Shown here: positions 1 to 8,413 of the stretch, one piece after another
How positions within the stretch are numbered: the first letter of the stretch is position 1
How the letters are laid out: every line of letters begins with the position of its first letter
Origin: an uncultured Parafilimonas sp.
Lineage (GTDB): Bacteria > Bacteroidota > Bacteroidia > Chitinophagales > Chitinophagaceae
Reading direction: 5' to 3'
Length of the DNA: 32,000 bases
Assembly (NCBI GenBank): GCA_964400415.1
Contig: CAYNTP010000021.1
Coordinates: forward strand, 40,218-72,217
Program-made: the position numbers and the translations under genes
Notes under the pieces: model-generated
Databases searched by the model: none
Seen by the model: the letters and a program-made list of their open reading frames with translations, nothing else
Told to the model about the DNA's origin: nothing

Positions 1-402
1 TGGAAAGGAAAATTAATGTTGAAAGGAATCGTCAATGAAATTGATGTTGAAAAATGTATCCAAACCGGTATTGATGGCATCATTGTTTCCAATCATGGAG
101 GAAGACAGTTAGATGCAGGAGAATCAACCATTCATTCATTAAAAAAGATTGTTGAAAAATATAAAGGCAAAATAAAAATAATGATGGACAGTGGGCTCCG
201 TTCAGGACCAGACATAGCAAGGGCGCTTGCTACCGGAGCAGAGTTTACATTTTTAGGAAGGACATTTATGTATGGTGTTGCTGCATTAGGCAATGAAGGC
301 GCAGATCATACGATGGTTATTTTAAAAAGACAATTAAGGCAGGTAATGGAACAGCTTTGTTGTGAAAGCGTAAAAGATTTTCCATCATTCCTGGTTAAGT
401 AA
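1..402 (+). CDS. FMN-dependent alpha-hydroxy-acid dehydrogenase/oxidase (LldD / glycolate oxidase family), C-terminal fragment; 5' end lies outside the window
   Basis: Frame 1 is open from base 1 (WKGKLMLKGI...). It carries the family active-site stretch GIIVSNHGGRQLD and the downstream DSGLRSGPDIARALATGA FMN-phosphate-binding region. Stop at 400-402. Confidence 0.85.
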   Translation, partial: WKGKLMLKGIVNEIDVEKCIQTGIDGIIVSNHGGRQLDAGESTIHSLKKIVEKYKGKIKIMMDSGLRSGPDIARALATGAEFTFLGRTFMYGVAALGNEGADHTMVILKRQLRQVMEQLCCESVKDFPSFLVK

Positions 403-431
403 AAAATTCTCAGTTCATATTGATTAACTAT

Positions 432-460
432 GCAAGAACTTTTTTATCTCTTGCGTATTT
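432..460 (+). terminator. Possible weak intrinsic terminator after the LldD-family gene
   Basis: GCAAGA (432-437) pairs with TCTTGC (449-454) around an 11-nt loop, followed by GTATTTTA. The stem is short and the loop large. Confidence 0.3.
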
Positions 461-513
461 TATGACTATACAGTCATATTATTTGCCTGTAAAAATCTAT
501 GAAGCACATCACT

Positions 514-3500
514 TCATTTCGATTGCAGGGTAATCGTTGTCCCACATTCTGATGAAATGAGTGTTAATTGATATGCAATTTGTTCAGCCCGCATTTTCAT
601 ATTCCTGAGACCTTCACCAGGTGTTATCATTTCTTCAATAAATCCCTGTCCATCATCTTTTAAAACCATGATTACAACATCTTCCGATACATCAAAATGC
701 ACTGAAATATTTTTACAACCTGAATATTTAATACTGTTATTGACTGCTTCCTTTGCAATCATCAAAAGGTTTCTTTTTACTTTCTTATCCAGGTCAATAT
801 CATGTTGCAAAACGAAACTGATGTTTATTCCTTTTGCAAATGCTACCGGCCTTGTCAATCTTTCTATTCTCGCAAATAAATTTGATGCCTTATCATTTTT
901 ATCATCCAACACCCAAATCATATCCCGGATGCCTTCCGACATATTTTTTAATGAATCTTCAATCTGCAAAAAATAAGGTTGCTTATCTTTTGCATTTTCT
1001 GCGAGGTGTGTAAAAATTTTCAGTCCATTCAGCGTACTCCCAATATCATCATGCAAGTCACTGGCAATTTCTTCCCTCACTTTTTTCAACTGTTGCTGTT
1101 GTTGTTTTACCTGTGCAATTCTGTACCTGTAAAAAGCATATAATAAACCGGCTGTTACAAGTACAATCAATGTATAAAACCACCAGGTCTGGTACCACAT
1201 AGGAAGGATAGTAAATTCAAAGACAGCAGAACTACTGTCTGAATTGTGCACATTGTCCACCTTACCCTGTAAATGATATTTACCCGGCGGCAATCCGGCA
1301 AACGTTATCTGGTTATTGTTGCCCAGTTGAATCCAGCCATCATTTAATTCCGGGATCCTGTAAGCATAAGATATCCTGTTATGGTTTGAATAATCCGGTG
1401 AAATGATATAAAAAGTAATTGGGAAAGATTTAAATGAAAAATGTGAAGCGCCCAAAGTATTGACCTCTTCTGTTTTCCCATTATCATTCAGATAATCAAT
1501 TTTACCTACATATACCGGCTTTTTTACTGGTACCACAAAATGATTATTCCTGGATATCCTGGTAAAGCCATCAATACCACCAAAAAAAAGATCATTACCG
1601 ATTGTACAACCCGACCTTTCATCAAACGCATTTGATTGCAATCCATCTTCCTGGTAATATGCAGATGCTTTGCCGGAGATTAAATTAAACCTTGTCAAGC
1701 CTTTATTAGATGATATCCAGATAACAGAATCACTTTCATTAAGGATATTATAAGTGGCATTTGAACTAAGCCCATCCTGCTGTGTAAAATATGTACAGGA
1801 GTTATTTTGTAAATTAAATTTTATTAAACCATAACCATAAGATGAAATCCATAAATATTTTCCATCATTAAAAATATCAAAAAAGAAATGTGGCGGTGCA
1901 GGGTGGTTGTTACCGGGGAAATAGTTATGAAAAGAATCAGTTAATGGATCAAATAATGTGATGCTGTTATCACTGAGCAACCATACATTTCCAAAATTAT
2001 CAGTCTTGATATTATGATAACTATTTTCAAACGGGCCGTTTACATTACCATCCCTGTTTTTAAATACTTTGACATAATGATTTTTAATATCCCATTTTAC
2101 AAATCCCTCTTCATTCATACTCCCCATCAGAATGATACTGTCATTATATTTCATGCATGTGCTAAAGAAAAAATACTGTATTGGCTGCAGCTCTTTGAAT
2201 ACAGCAGATGCATTTTTTACATTAAATTGATCACCCACCTGTTCCATGTAAAGTAATTTTTGATTGGAAGAAACCAGCAAACCTTTCTTATCGATCCGCA
2301 TCACAGATTCTATTTCACCATATTTTTTACTCTCTAAAATTTCAGTTTCACTGTTTGTCCTGGTATTGATTTTAAATAATCCCGATGCTGCACATGCATA
2401 GATGATGGAATCATTATCAGCAAACAAAACATTAACCGATTGTATTTTACTCAAATCACCTGCTTTTGCATTAAATGCATAAAATTCAAACTCCTCATTG
2501 ATTAAATGATTAAGCCCTTTTGTAGTGGAAACCCAGATATTCCCAAACCTATCTTTGAAAAGATAATTGATGTTATCATCTAAAATAGTGTTGGAAAAAA
2601 AATTGGAATGTTTCACCGTATTTACTTCTTCATTGCTGTCAATCACTTTGATCCCATTAGCAGTTGCCAGCCACAACTCACCTTTATGCCCATACATTAT
2701 TCCACGGATATCTTCATTTTCAAATGCTTTAAAACGGTGATCTGTATTTGAAGAAGCATGATAATTTTTTCCATCGGTTTCAATACATTTAATGCCTTTA
2801 TCAGAACACAGATAAATTTTCCGTGAAGCATCAATAAAAATACTTCTTACAGAAAAAGTACTGTTGGCATTTATCTTTAATTCCTCTTTTGAAATTTTTG
2901 AAATCAGCTTTTTGGTTTCACTGTTATAAATTAATACACCTTCACCTTCAGCAACAACCAGCATATTCCGGAATGAATCGAGAGCAATAGTGCAAATATT
3001 GAAGTCATGCTTTTTATTGAAAGGGTTTTCAGTAACAGCAATACTTTGATTTGTTCTTTTATCCAAAACATTAAAACCATAATAAGTACCGATCCACAAA
3101 TTATTTCCAGGATAGTCCCAGGCAAGACACCTGACCCAATTAGTTATTAAATGACTTGTAACTGCATTATATCTTTTCTCAACTGTTAAACTTCCTGTTT
3201 CAAATACATCAATGCCACCCAATGCAGTTGCTATCCACAACTTGCCATTTTTATCAGGCACCATATCAGTTACAAAATTTTCACTAAGGCCGGTATTGCC
3301 AACCGGATCTTTTTTTACTGTAATAAAATTTTTCCCATCAAAACGGTTAATACCTTCCTGTGTTGCCACCCAGATAAAGCCATATTTATCCTGTATTATT
3401 TTCCCTGCATTATATGAACTCAAACCATTATTAAATGAATAAGTCCCGAACTGGTATTGCTGTGCACATACTGTTTTAAAACATATCATGCAAACCTGGG

Positions 3501-3591
3501 ACAGTATTATTAAAAAGAAAGCCTTAATATATTTTACAGTTAGCATGCTTATGAAATGTCCTATTAAAAATATTGGAAATTTTAATAACAT
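514..3591 (-). CDS. Sensor histidine kinase with periplasmic beta-propeller repeats + Y_Y_Y-like region, one TM helix, HisKA_3 and HATPase_c domains; no receiver or DNA-binding domain
   Basis: 1025-aa ORF. The true start may be the Met at 3546-3544 (MLTVKYIKAFFLIIL..., signal/anchor-like). Repeated propeller-type motifs: FIWVATQEGINRFDG, KLWIATALGGIDVF, NLWIGTYYGFNVLD, ELWLATANGIKVID, NIWVSTTKGLNHL, VIWISSNKGLTRF. TM helix WWFYTLIVLVTAGLLYAFY, QQQQQLKK linker, H-box SDLHDDIGSTL, N-box EAVNNSIKYS, G-boxes DDGQGF and GEGLRNM. Confidence 0.85.
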   Translation of the reverse strand: MLLKFPIFLIGHFISMLTVKYIKAFFLIILSQVCMICFKTVCAQQYQFGTYSFNNGLSSYNAGKIIQDKYGFIWVATQEGINRFDGKNFITVKKDPVGNTGLSENFVTDMVPDKNGKLWIATALGGIDVFETGSLTVEKRYNAVTSHLITNWVRCLAWDYPGNNLWIGTYYGFNVLDKRTNQSIAVTENPFNKKHDFNICTIALDSFRNMLVVAEGEGVLIYNSETKKLISKISKEELKINANSTFSVRSIFIDASRKIYLCSDKGIKCIETDGKNYHASSNTDHRFKAFENEDIRGIMYGHKGELWLATANGIKVIDSNEEVNTVKHSNFFSNTILDDNINYLFKDRFGNIWVSTTKGLNHLINEEFEFYAFNAKAGDLSKIQSVNVLFADNDSIIYACAASGLFKINTRTNSETEILESKKYGEIESVMRIDKKGLLVSSNQKLLYMEQVGDQFNVKNASAVFKELQPIQYFFFSTCMKYNDSIILMGSMNEEGFVKWDIKNHYVKVFKNRDGNVNGPFENSYHNIKTDNFGNVWLLSDNSITLFDPLTDSFHNYFPGNNHPAPPHFFFDIFNDGKYLWISSYGYGLIKFNLQNNSCTYFTQQDGLSSNATYNILNESDSVIWISSNKGLTRFNLISGKASAYYQEDGLQSNAFDERSGCTIGNDLFFGGIDGFTRISRNNHFVVPVKKPVYVGKIDYLNDNGKTEEVNTLGASHFSFKSFPITFYIISPDYSNHNRISYAYRIPELNDGWIQLGNNNQITFAGLPPGKYHLQGKVDNVHNSDSSSAVFEFTILPMWYQTWWFYTLIVLVTAGLLYAFYRYRIAQVKQQQQQLKKVREEIASDLHDDIGSTLNGLKIFTHLAENAKDKQPYFLQIEDSLKNMSEGIRDMIWVLDDKNDKASNLFARIERLTRPVAFAKGINISFVLQHDIDLDKKVKRNLLMIAKEAVNNSIKYSGCKNISVHFDVSEDVVIMVLKDDGQGFIEEMITPGEGLRNMKMRAEQIAYQLTLISSECGTTITLQSK

Positions 3592-3639
3592 GAATTATAT
3601 TGGCTGATAAAAAAATTTTCAAAACACCAAAAACAACTT

Positions 3640-5145
3640 ATGAAAGCAGCCTGGACAATCATGTTGTACATGAATGTAGAACCCGAAGGATTTGATACAG
3701 GGTTCAGAAAAAATCAATGGGAAATGTTGCTAACCGGCAGTACTGAAAAAGTTCAGATCATTGCGCTTGTTGACAGGAACCCTCCCAATAAAAAAGTTAG
3801 GCGTAGAGAAAAAGAATTTCTTTATCCATCTATTTACAGGATAGAAAAAAATATTGAAATAAAATTGTCAACAAAACCATTACACATTATCAAAGATGAT
3901 GACATTGGTAAACATACAGTGTTGAAACAATTCCTGGATTATTGCATTGAAAATTTTCCTGCTGAAAAATATATGCTGTCATTCTGGGATCATGGTCTTG
4001 GCAATGGTGTTACTGCCAGTCCTGAAAAACCAGAAAAGAAAGACGTAGAAGAATTGAGTCAAAGAAAAAACCTGTCTGTTTTAGGTCGCAGGCATGTGAA
4101 TGCCATCAACCAGCAAACATTTTCCCGGGTACCTGTTGGCAGTACTTTTCATTTTGCGAATACTGCTTTATTAAAAAAGTTCACCCTTAGTAACAAGAAA
4201 ATATCAGGATTAACATCAAACAAACCTGACACCAAACAGGATTATCTCTATGCCAAAGAAATCAGTACAGCCATCAAAAAATCTTTTGGTAAAGAAAATA
4301 AAATTGACATCATCGCATTTGATGCCTGCTGGATGCAGACATTTGAAAATGCATATGCACTCAGGGATGTAGCAAAATATATGGTGGCCAGCGAAAACCT
4401 GATCTCACTTCAGGGGTTTGGCTATTATCTGTTTTTTAAATATCTCTCAGCAATGCCAGATGCTACACCTGAAGATATTGCAGCTTTATTAATCAAGTCA
4501 AGTTATTTAAAAGTTTCAGACACACTGGAAGCAAAAACACCTGAAGAACTTGTAAAGCTTTACTACACCAAAATATATGATGATAATAAAATGACTTTAT
4601 CCTGCATTGATTTATCAGTTACAAAAATGGTTGCGGATAAAATTGATGCATTAGCAAGGTTGCTCGAAAAAGGATTGGATGATTATTTTGATTACATCAG
4701 GATAGCCCGTTTTTTATGCTTAAGTTTTTTTGATGAAGAAGATCCTGCAGGGTATGATTTAAAAGTTATAGACCTGGTTTATTTTTTAAAAAAGCTTTCA
4801 GAAAACCTGCTCACAGCTTTACATTCAAAAGATAAAAATGATCCTGACATTTATTCGCCAGTCATAAACCTCTGCAATGAAATATCGGATATAGCAGAAC
4901 TACATTTTGTGATTTATAAAGAAATGGGGCCGGCCATGCGGGAAGAGAAAGAAGCAGATAAACGATGGGGCACACATGGCTTCTCAATATTTTTTCCTGA
5001 ACATTATTTTGAATGGAAGAATTATAAAAATTCAGAAGGCTGGTATTTTGAAACACATAAAAGCATACAGATGCCATTTGCAGTAGAAAATTATTGGAAA
5101 GAATTCCTGAAAAAATATTTTGCGATGCTGAATAAGAAGGTGTGA
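3640..5145 (+). CDS. Clostripain-like (peptidase family C11, clan CD) cysteine peptidase homologue, apparently cytoplasmic
   Basis: 501-aa ORF that starts directly with the family's first strand, WTIMLYMN. His118 sits in FWDHGLG (codon 3991-3993) and Cys230 in IIAFDACWMQ (codon 4327-4329), matching the His-then-Cys dyad order of clan CD. No signal peptide or lipobox. Confidence 0.7.
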   Translation: MKAAWTIMLYMNVEPEGFDTGFRKNQWEMLLTGSTEKVQIIALVDRNPPNKKVRRREKEFLYPSIYRIEKNIEIKLSTKPLHIIKDDDIGKHTVLKQFLDYCIENFPAEKYMLSFWDHGLGNGVTASPEKPEKKDVEELSQRKNLSVLGRRHVNAINQQTFSRVPVGSTFHFANTALLKKFTLSNKKISGLTSNKPDTKQDYLYAKEISTAIKKSFGKENKIDIIAFDACWMQTFENAYALRDVAKYMVASENLISLQGFGYYLFFKYLSAMPDATPEDIAALLIKSSYLKVSDTLEAKTPEELVKLYYTKIYDDNKMTLSCIDLSVTKMVADKIDALARLLEKGLDDYFDYIRIARFLCLSFFDEEDPAGYDLKVIDLVYFLKKLSENLLTALHSKDKNDPDIYSPVINLCNEISDIAELHFVIYKEMGPAMREEKEADKRWGTHGFSIFFPEHYFEWKNYKNSEGWYFETHKSIQMPFAVENYWKEFLKKYFAMLNKKV

Positions 5146-5155
5146 GGGGGGATAT

Positions 5156-5193
5156 AAAAAACCTGGCGCAAGAAGCGGGCACCAGGTTTTTTT
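5156..5193. terminator. Bidirectional intrinsic terminator between the convergent C11 gene and the 646-aa gene
   Basis: AAAAAA-ACCTGGCGC...GCACCAGGT-TTTTTTT. ACCTGG (5161-5166) pairs with CCAGGT (5182-5187), with two extra G-C pairs after one mismatch. It is flanked by an A-run on the left and a T-run on the right. Confidence 0.7.
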
Positions 5194-5264
5194 AGATAAA
5201 TCCATTACTCAAAAATTGAATATTGACTTAATAGACAAAGATGTTGTTTATAAAATGAAAATAT

Positions 5265-7205
5265 TTAGCGCGCTGTAAAATTGTATGAGACACCAAAAAA
5301 CCAGCTACGTCGAGTATCTGTAATTGTCGGCACTAAATTATCAGTTGTGGTATAAAAAATTGGTGTTGAATTTGGATTTGAAGAATCTCTCCTGTTTACT
5401 CCCGTTTTTACAGTATTACTAAGTTTTTTTACTTTACCCCAAATCAAGCCACCTGAAATAACAAACCTCCTATTAGAACCCAATAGTAAACTACCACCTA
5501 ACATAAAATTTAATTCTGTTTCTGTATTAACTGCGAGACCTGCCGTTAGTGAAATATTGCAGTTACTACTGATCCTCGGATAAGCATGTACCAAAACCCC
5601 AAACCCAATTTTACTTTTACCAGAATTTTCTCTAATCACAATTTTACCAGTAGTATCCACAAGGGTTTGAATAGAATTAGTTGTATCATCTGGTCTTCGA
5701 TATTTTACTGTTGAATCAATAAATACATAATTGGCATCTTTCAGACCTGTAAGAAAAATGCCAGTGCTGAAATCAATTTTAAAACCACCAAACAACCGCA
5801 TTTCTTCAGTTTTGATATCATTGCCTTTTTTGTCTTTAAATGTCATTGTCAGATAATCATAATTCTTTAATTTCTGCGCAAGAAAAGAATACGTTTGCAT
5901 ATTAAATACCCGGTTATACAACTTATCAATTTCTTTAATAAGCTTATTCAGATCATCATCTTCTTTTTGATCTGTTTTGTATTTAGATATCAATTCTGAA
6001 ATTGACATCCTGAACACTTCCTTCACTTTATCATTGATATATTGAAGGTTTTTCAAATGTCGTTGCATAGTGGCTGAATTAAAATTGAAATTTGCATTGT
6101 AATAAAACAAATCGTTTCTTAATTTAATAAGATTTTCAGCATTTGAATTTGCTACTGAATCTTTATCCTTTGATTTTTGTAATTCTGTTTTGTTTGTTTT
6201 TCCAATATCTTTTTTCGATGTATCACTGGCATTTATATTTCCGGTTTTTTCAAGAATTGATTTAAAATTTGCTTCATCTTCCAGGAAATTATCTTTATAG
6301 GTAAAAGATAAATTAATAGAATCATCAGCGCTATAATTCATTAATTCCACTTTAAATTGGGATCCTACCGGCGGTGTGTACCACATTGATTTTTTCCATT
6401 TATAATATTCAATACCTATGCAACAATTCTTGCATTCGGGGCTATCCGGGCAACCTTGTTTATTTGGGTTGGCAGATATTATAGGCTTTCTTACTTTTTT
6501 CTTCAAAGTGTAATAATCCCCATTTTTCATATCATACAACCAAATATATTCACCAGGCAATTGCTTATCATATTTATTATTCATACAATGTTGTAAGTTA
6601 CCATAACCAAAAGTTTGCAAATTGTTGAACATTTCTTTAGTAATGAATACAAATGATGGATTCCCTAATGAAATTCCTATTGATTTAAGTTTTTCAAGAA
6701 CCAAATCCCTTTCTGTATTATCTTTCACAACATCATCCTTGCCATTAGCCTGCTCTTCATTACTCATTTTTATTGCTTTACCCGGTTCATTATTTTTCGA
6801 TTTTAAGTTCATTGATACATTTTTTATATTCTTACCTGAATCTTTCAATTTATTTAAGTAAGTTTTAATAGGAATTTTTATTTCCATGCCATCCTTCATT
6901 TTCTTAAGATGCTTTTCTACGATTTTTAATGAATCAAATAAATCCTTCAAAGTAATCGGCTTAGAGAGTTTATTTTCTTTATCTTTTTCTTCTGTATAAG
7001 TATATCTTAATGTAGAAAGTAAAATGATACTATCAAAGTCTTCTTTTGGAAATTTAGTTATTAATATTTCATCAATGTTAAGTGAATCACTAAAAACTTT
7101 TGCGGTATCATTCCATTTAATTTCCATAGACACTAGTTTTGAAGATTGACTCATTGCATAATTGCTTGCAAGCAGGAATACAATAAACAGGATTGTGTTT
7201 TTCAT
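5265..7205 (-). CDS. Secreted hypothetical protein: signal peptide, Lys/Asn-rich coiled-coil-like middle, Cys cluster, probable C-terminal outer-membrane beta-barrel
   Basis: 646-aa ORF. N-terminus MKNTILFIVFLLASNYAMSQ is SPI-like. Cys cluster CPDSPECKNCC. The last ~180 aa show alternating hydrophobic beta-strand patterns (FGGFKIDFSTGIFLTG, KIGFGVLVHAYP, ISLTAGLAVN, LNFMLGGSLLLG, FVISGGLIWG) and end in WFFGVSYNFTAR. I recognise no family. Confidence 0.6.
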   Translation of the reverse strand: MKNTILFIVFLLASNYAMSQSSKLVSMEIKWNDTAKVFSDSLNIDEILITKFPKEDFDSIILLSTLRYTYTEEKDKENKLSKPITLKDLFDSLKIVEKHLKKMKDGMEIKIPIKTYLNKLKDSGKNIKNVSMNLKSKNNEPGKAIKMSNEEQANGKDDVVKDNTERDLVLEKLKSIGISLGNPSFVFITKEMFNNLQTFGYGNLQHCMNNKYDKQLPGEYIWLYDMKNGDYYTLKKKVRKPIISANPNKQGCPDSPECKNCCIGIEYYKWKKSMWYTPPVGSQFKVELMNYSADDSINLSFTYKDNFLEDEANFKSILEKTGNINASDTSKKDIGKTNKTELQKSKDKDSVANSNAENLIKLRNDLFYYNANFNFNSATMQRHLKNLQYINDKVKEVFRMSISELISKYKTDQKEDDDLNKLIKEIDKLYNRVFNMQTYSFLAQKLKNYDYLTMTFKDKKGNDIKTEEMRLFGGFKIDFSTGIFLTGLKDANYVFIDSTVKYRRPDDTTNSIQTLVDTTGKIVIRENSGKSKIGFGVLVHAYPRISSNCNISLTAGLAVNTETELNFMLGGSLLLGSNRRFVISGGLIWGKVKKLSNTVKTGVNRRDSSNPNSTPIFYTTTDNLVPTITDTRRSWFFGVSYNFTAR

Positions 7206-7270
7206 GTGTTTATTTTTTTAACGATTATTATATTTCAACTTTAATTCATGTTTATTTAACCATTTTTTCT

Positions 7271-8413
7271 CTAAAATGAAATACCTTTTATATGATGAAC
7301 CGGAATTATGTAGGAATAGTTTTCATCATCGCCTGCAAACACAAAACCAATAAGCAGGTTATCCTTAACAACAGGAGCGCCTGAATCACCAAATGTTGAC
7401 ATTCTGGTAGTCATAATAATATTCTGAAAACTTTTTCCACTTATCTCACAGGTTGTGGATGTAGCAAGTATGGTCCCTGTTTGAAGACCTGAAACCCTAC
7501 CGATTGACTCTACCTCATGGTTCAATAAAAGGTTTATGTCACCTTCATCTGCTATATCATTAATAAATCTTCCATTAAAAAAATTTTGCATTTGCATATT
7601 TTCATCCGCATCTGCCAAAGCATAATCTGATGATATTTGACAATTTGACCATGAAACTTTTAATGTATAATTTACCTGGTTAAATAAATCGGGAACTACA
7701 ACTTCAACTTCAGAATTACTAAAATTTTCATTTCTAAAATTTATTTCCTGTGAACCCAACATCATCACATGGCAACAACTTAAAATATACTTTTTATTTC
7801 CTTTTTTAACGATTGCAGTTCTTGTACCATATTCTTTTGAGTGGTTCTGTTGAAAAATTTTTCCACCCATCTGCAAAGGCGAAATATTGTCGGGATCAGG
7901 ATTTACAGGGTTATTTTCAATTGCCAACTGAAAATTTGATTCTTTAACTTCTGTAACATCGGTTTGCATTTTTACTCCTTTATGCACTATGAACTCTGGT
8001 ACAGGGTTTTGAAGATTTTCAATTTCATTTTTTGTTGCTACAAAAAATATCAGGGATATAGTATTTTTTTTATCAAAATTCTTATAACCAATTCCACATC
8101 CTTTATACCCTTCAATTTTTTTTGAATATTCGAAATAATGATTGTTTTGAATGTCTTTTGCAATAGCAAATAACAAGTATTCATTTATCACCTGGTTTTC
8201 TAATTCAAATTCAATTTCTGAAATACCTCCACTCCAGTAAAAGCAATTATCATCTTTACAATGATACCATATTGAATTACCATCAATATTTGAGCCTGTA
8301 ACTACTTTATCAATATCCAAATTATCTCCAGGCATTTTATATGTATTACAAACGGCGTTTGTGGATGGTTCACCAATACGTGTATTCAGGTATTTATTAA
8401 CGGTTAATATCAT
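7271..8413 (-). CDS. Chymotrypsin-fold (S1-like) serine peptidase with N-terminal SH3b-like domain and a middle domain of unknown function; no signal peptide
   Basis: 380-aa ORF. Putative triad: His215 (ILSCCHVMM), Asp263 (SSDYALADA), Ser344 (FGDSGAPVV; Ser codon TCA at 7384-7382 on the minus strand). Residues ~6-65 (LNTRIGEPST...GDNLDIDKVV...GNSIWYHCKDDNCFYWSGGI) resemble bacterial SH3 domains. The ATG overlaps the upstream stop (TAATG at 8415-8411). Confidence 0.75.
   Translation of the reverse strand: MILTVNKYLNTRIGEPSTNAVCNTYKMPGDNLDIDKVVTGSNIDGNSIWYHCKDDNCFYWSGGISEIEFELENQVINEYLLFAIAKDIQNNHYFEYSKKIEGYKGCGIGYKNFDKKNTISLIFFVATKNEIENLQNPVPEFIVHKGVKMQTDVTEVKESNFQLAIENNPVNPDPDNISPLQMGGKIFQQNHSKEYGTRTAIVKKGNKKYILSCCHVMMLGSQEINFRNENFSNSEVEVVVPDLFNQVNYTLKVSWSNCQISSDYALADADENMQMQNFFNGRFINDIADEGDINLLLNHEVESIGRVSGLQTGTILATSTTCEISGKSFQNIIMTTRMSTFGDSGAPVVKDNLLIGFVFAGDDENYSYIIPVHHIKGISF

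Noticed and set aside
514-3591. Calling the kinase a Bacteroides-style hybrid two-component system (HTCS)
   Set aside because: The protein ends right after the HATPase G2 box. There is no receiver domain or AraC-type helix-turn-helix, and the H-box is HisKA_3 type, so it is a plain, orphan sensor kinase.
3640-5145. Interpreting the C11 homologue as a secreted gingipain/clostripain-type virulence protease
   Set aside because: It has no signal peptide, lipobox or T9SS C-terminal domain, and the ORF begins at the first conserved core strand. The upstream 48 bp contain no alternative in-frame start.
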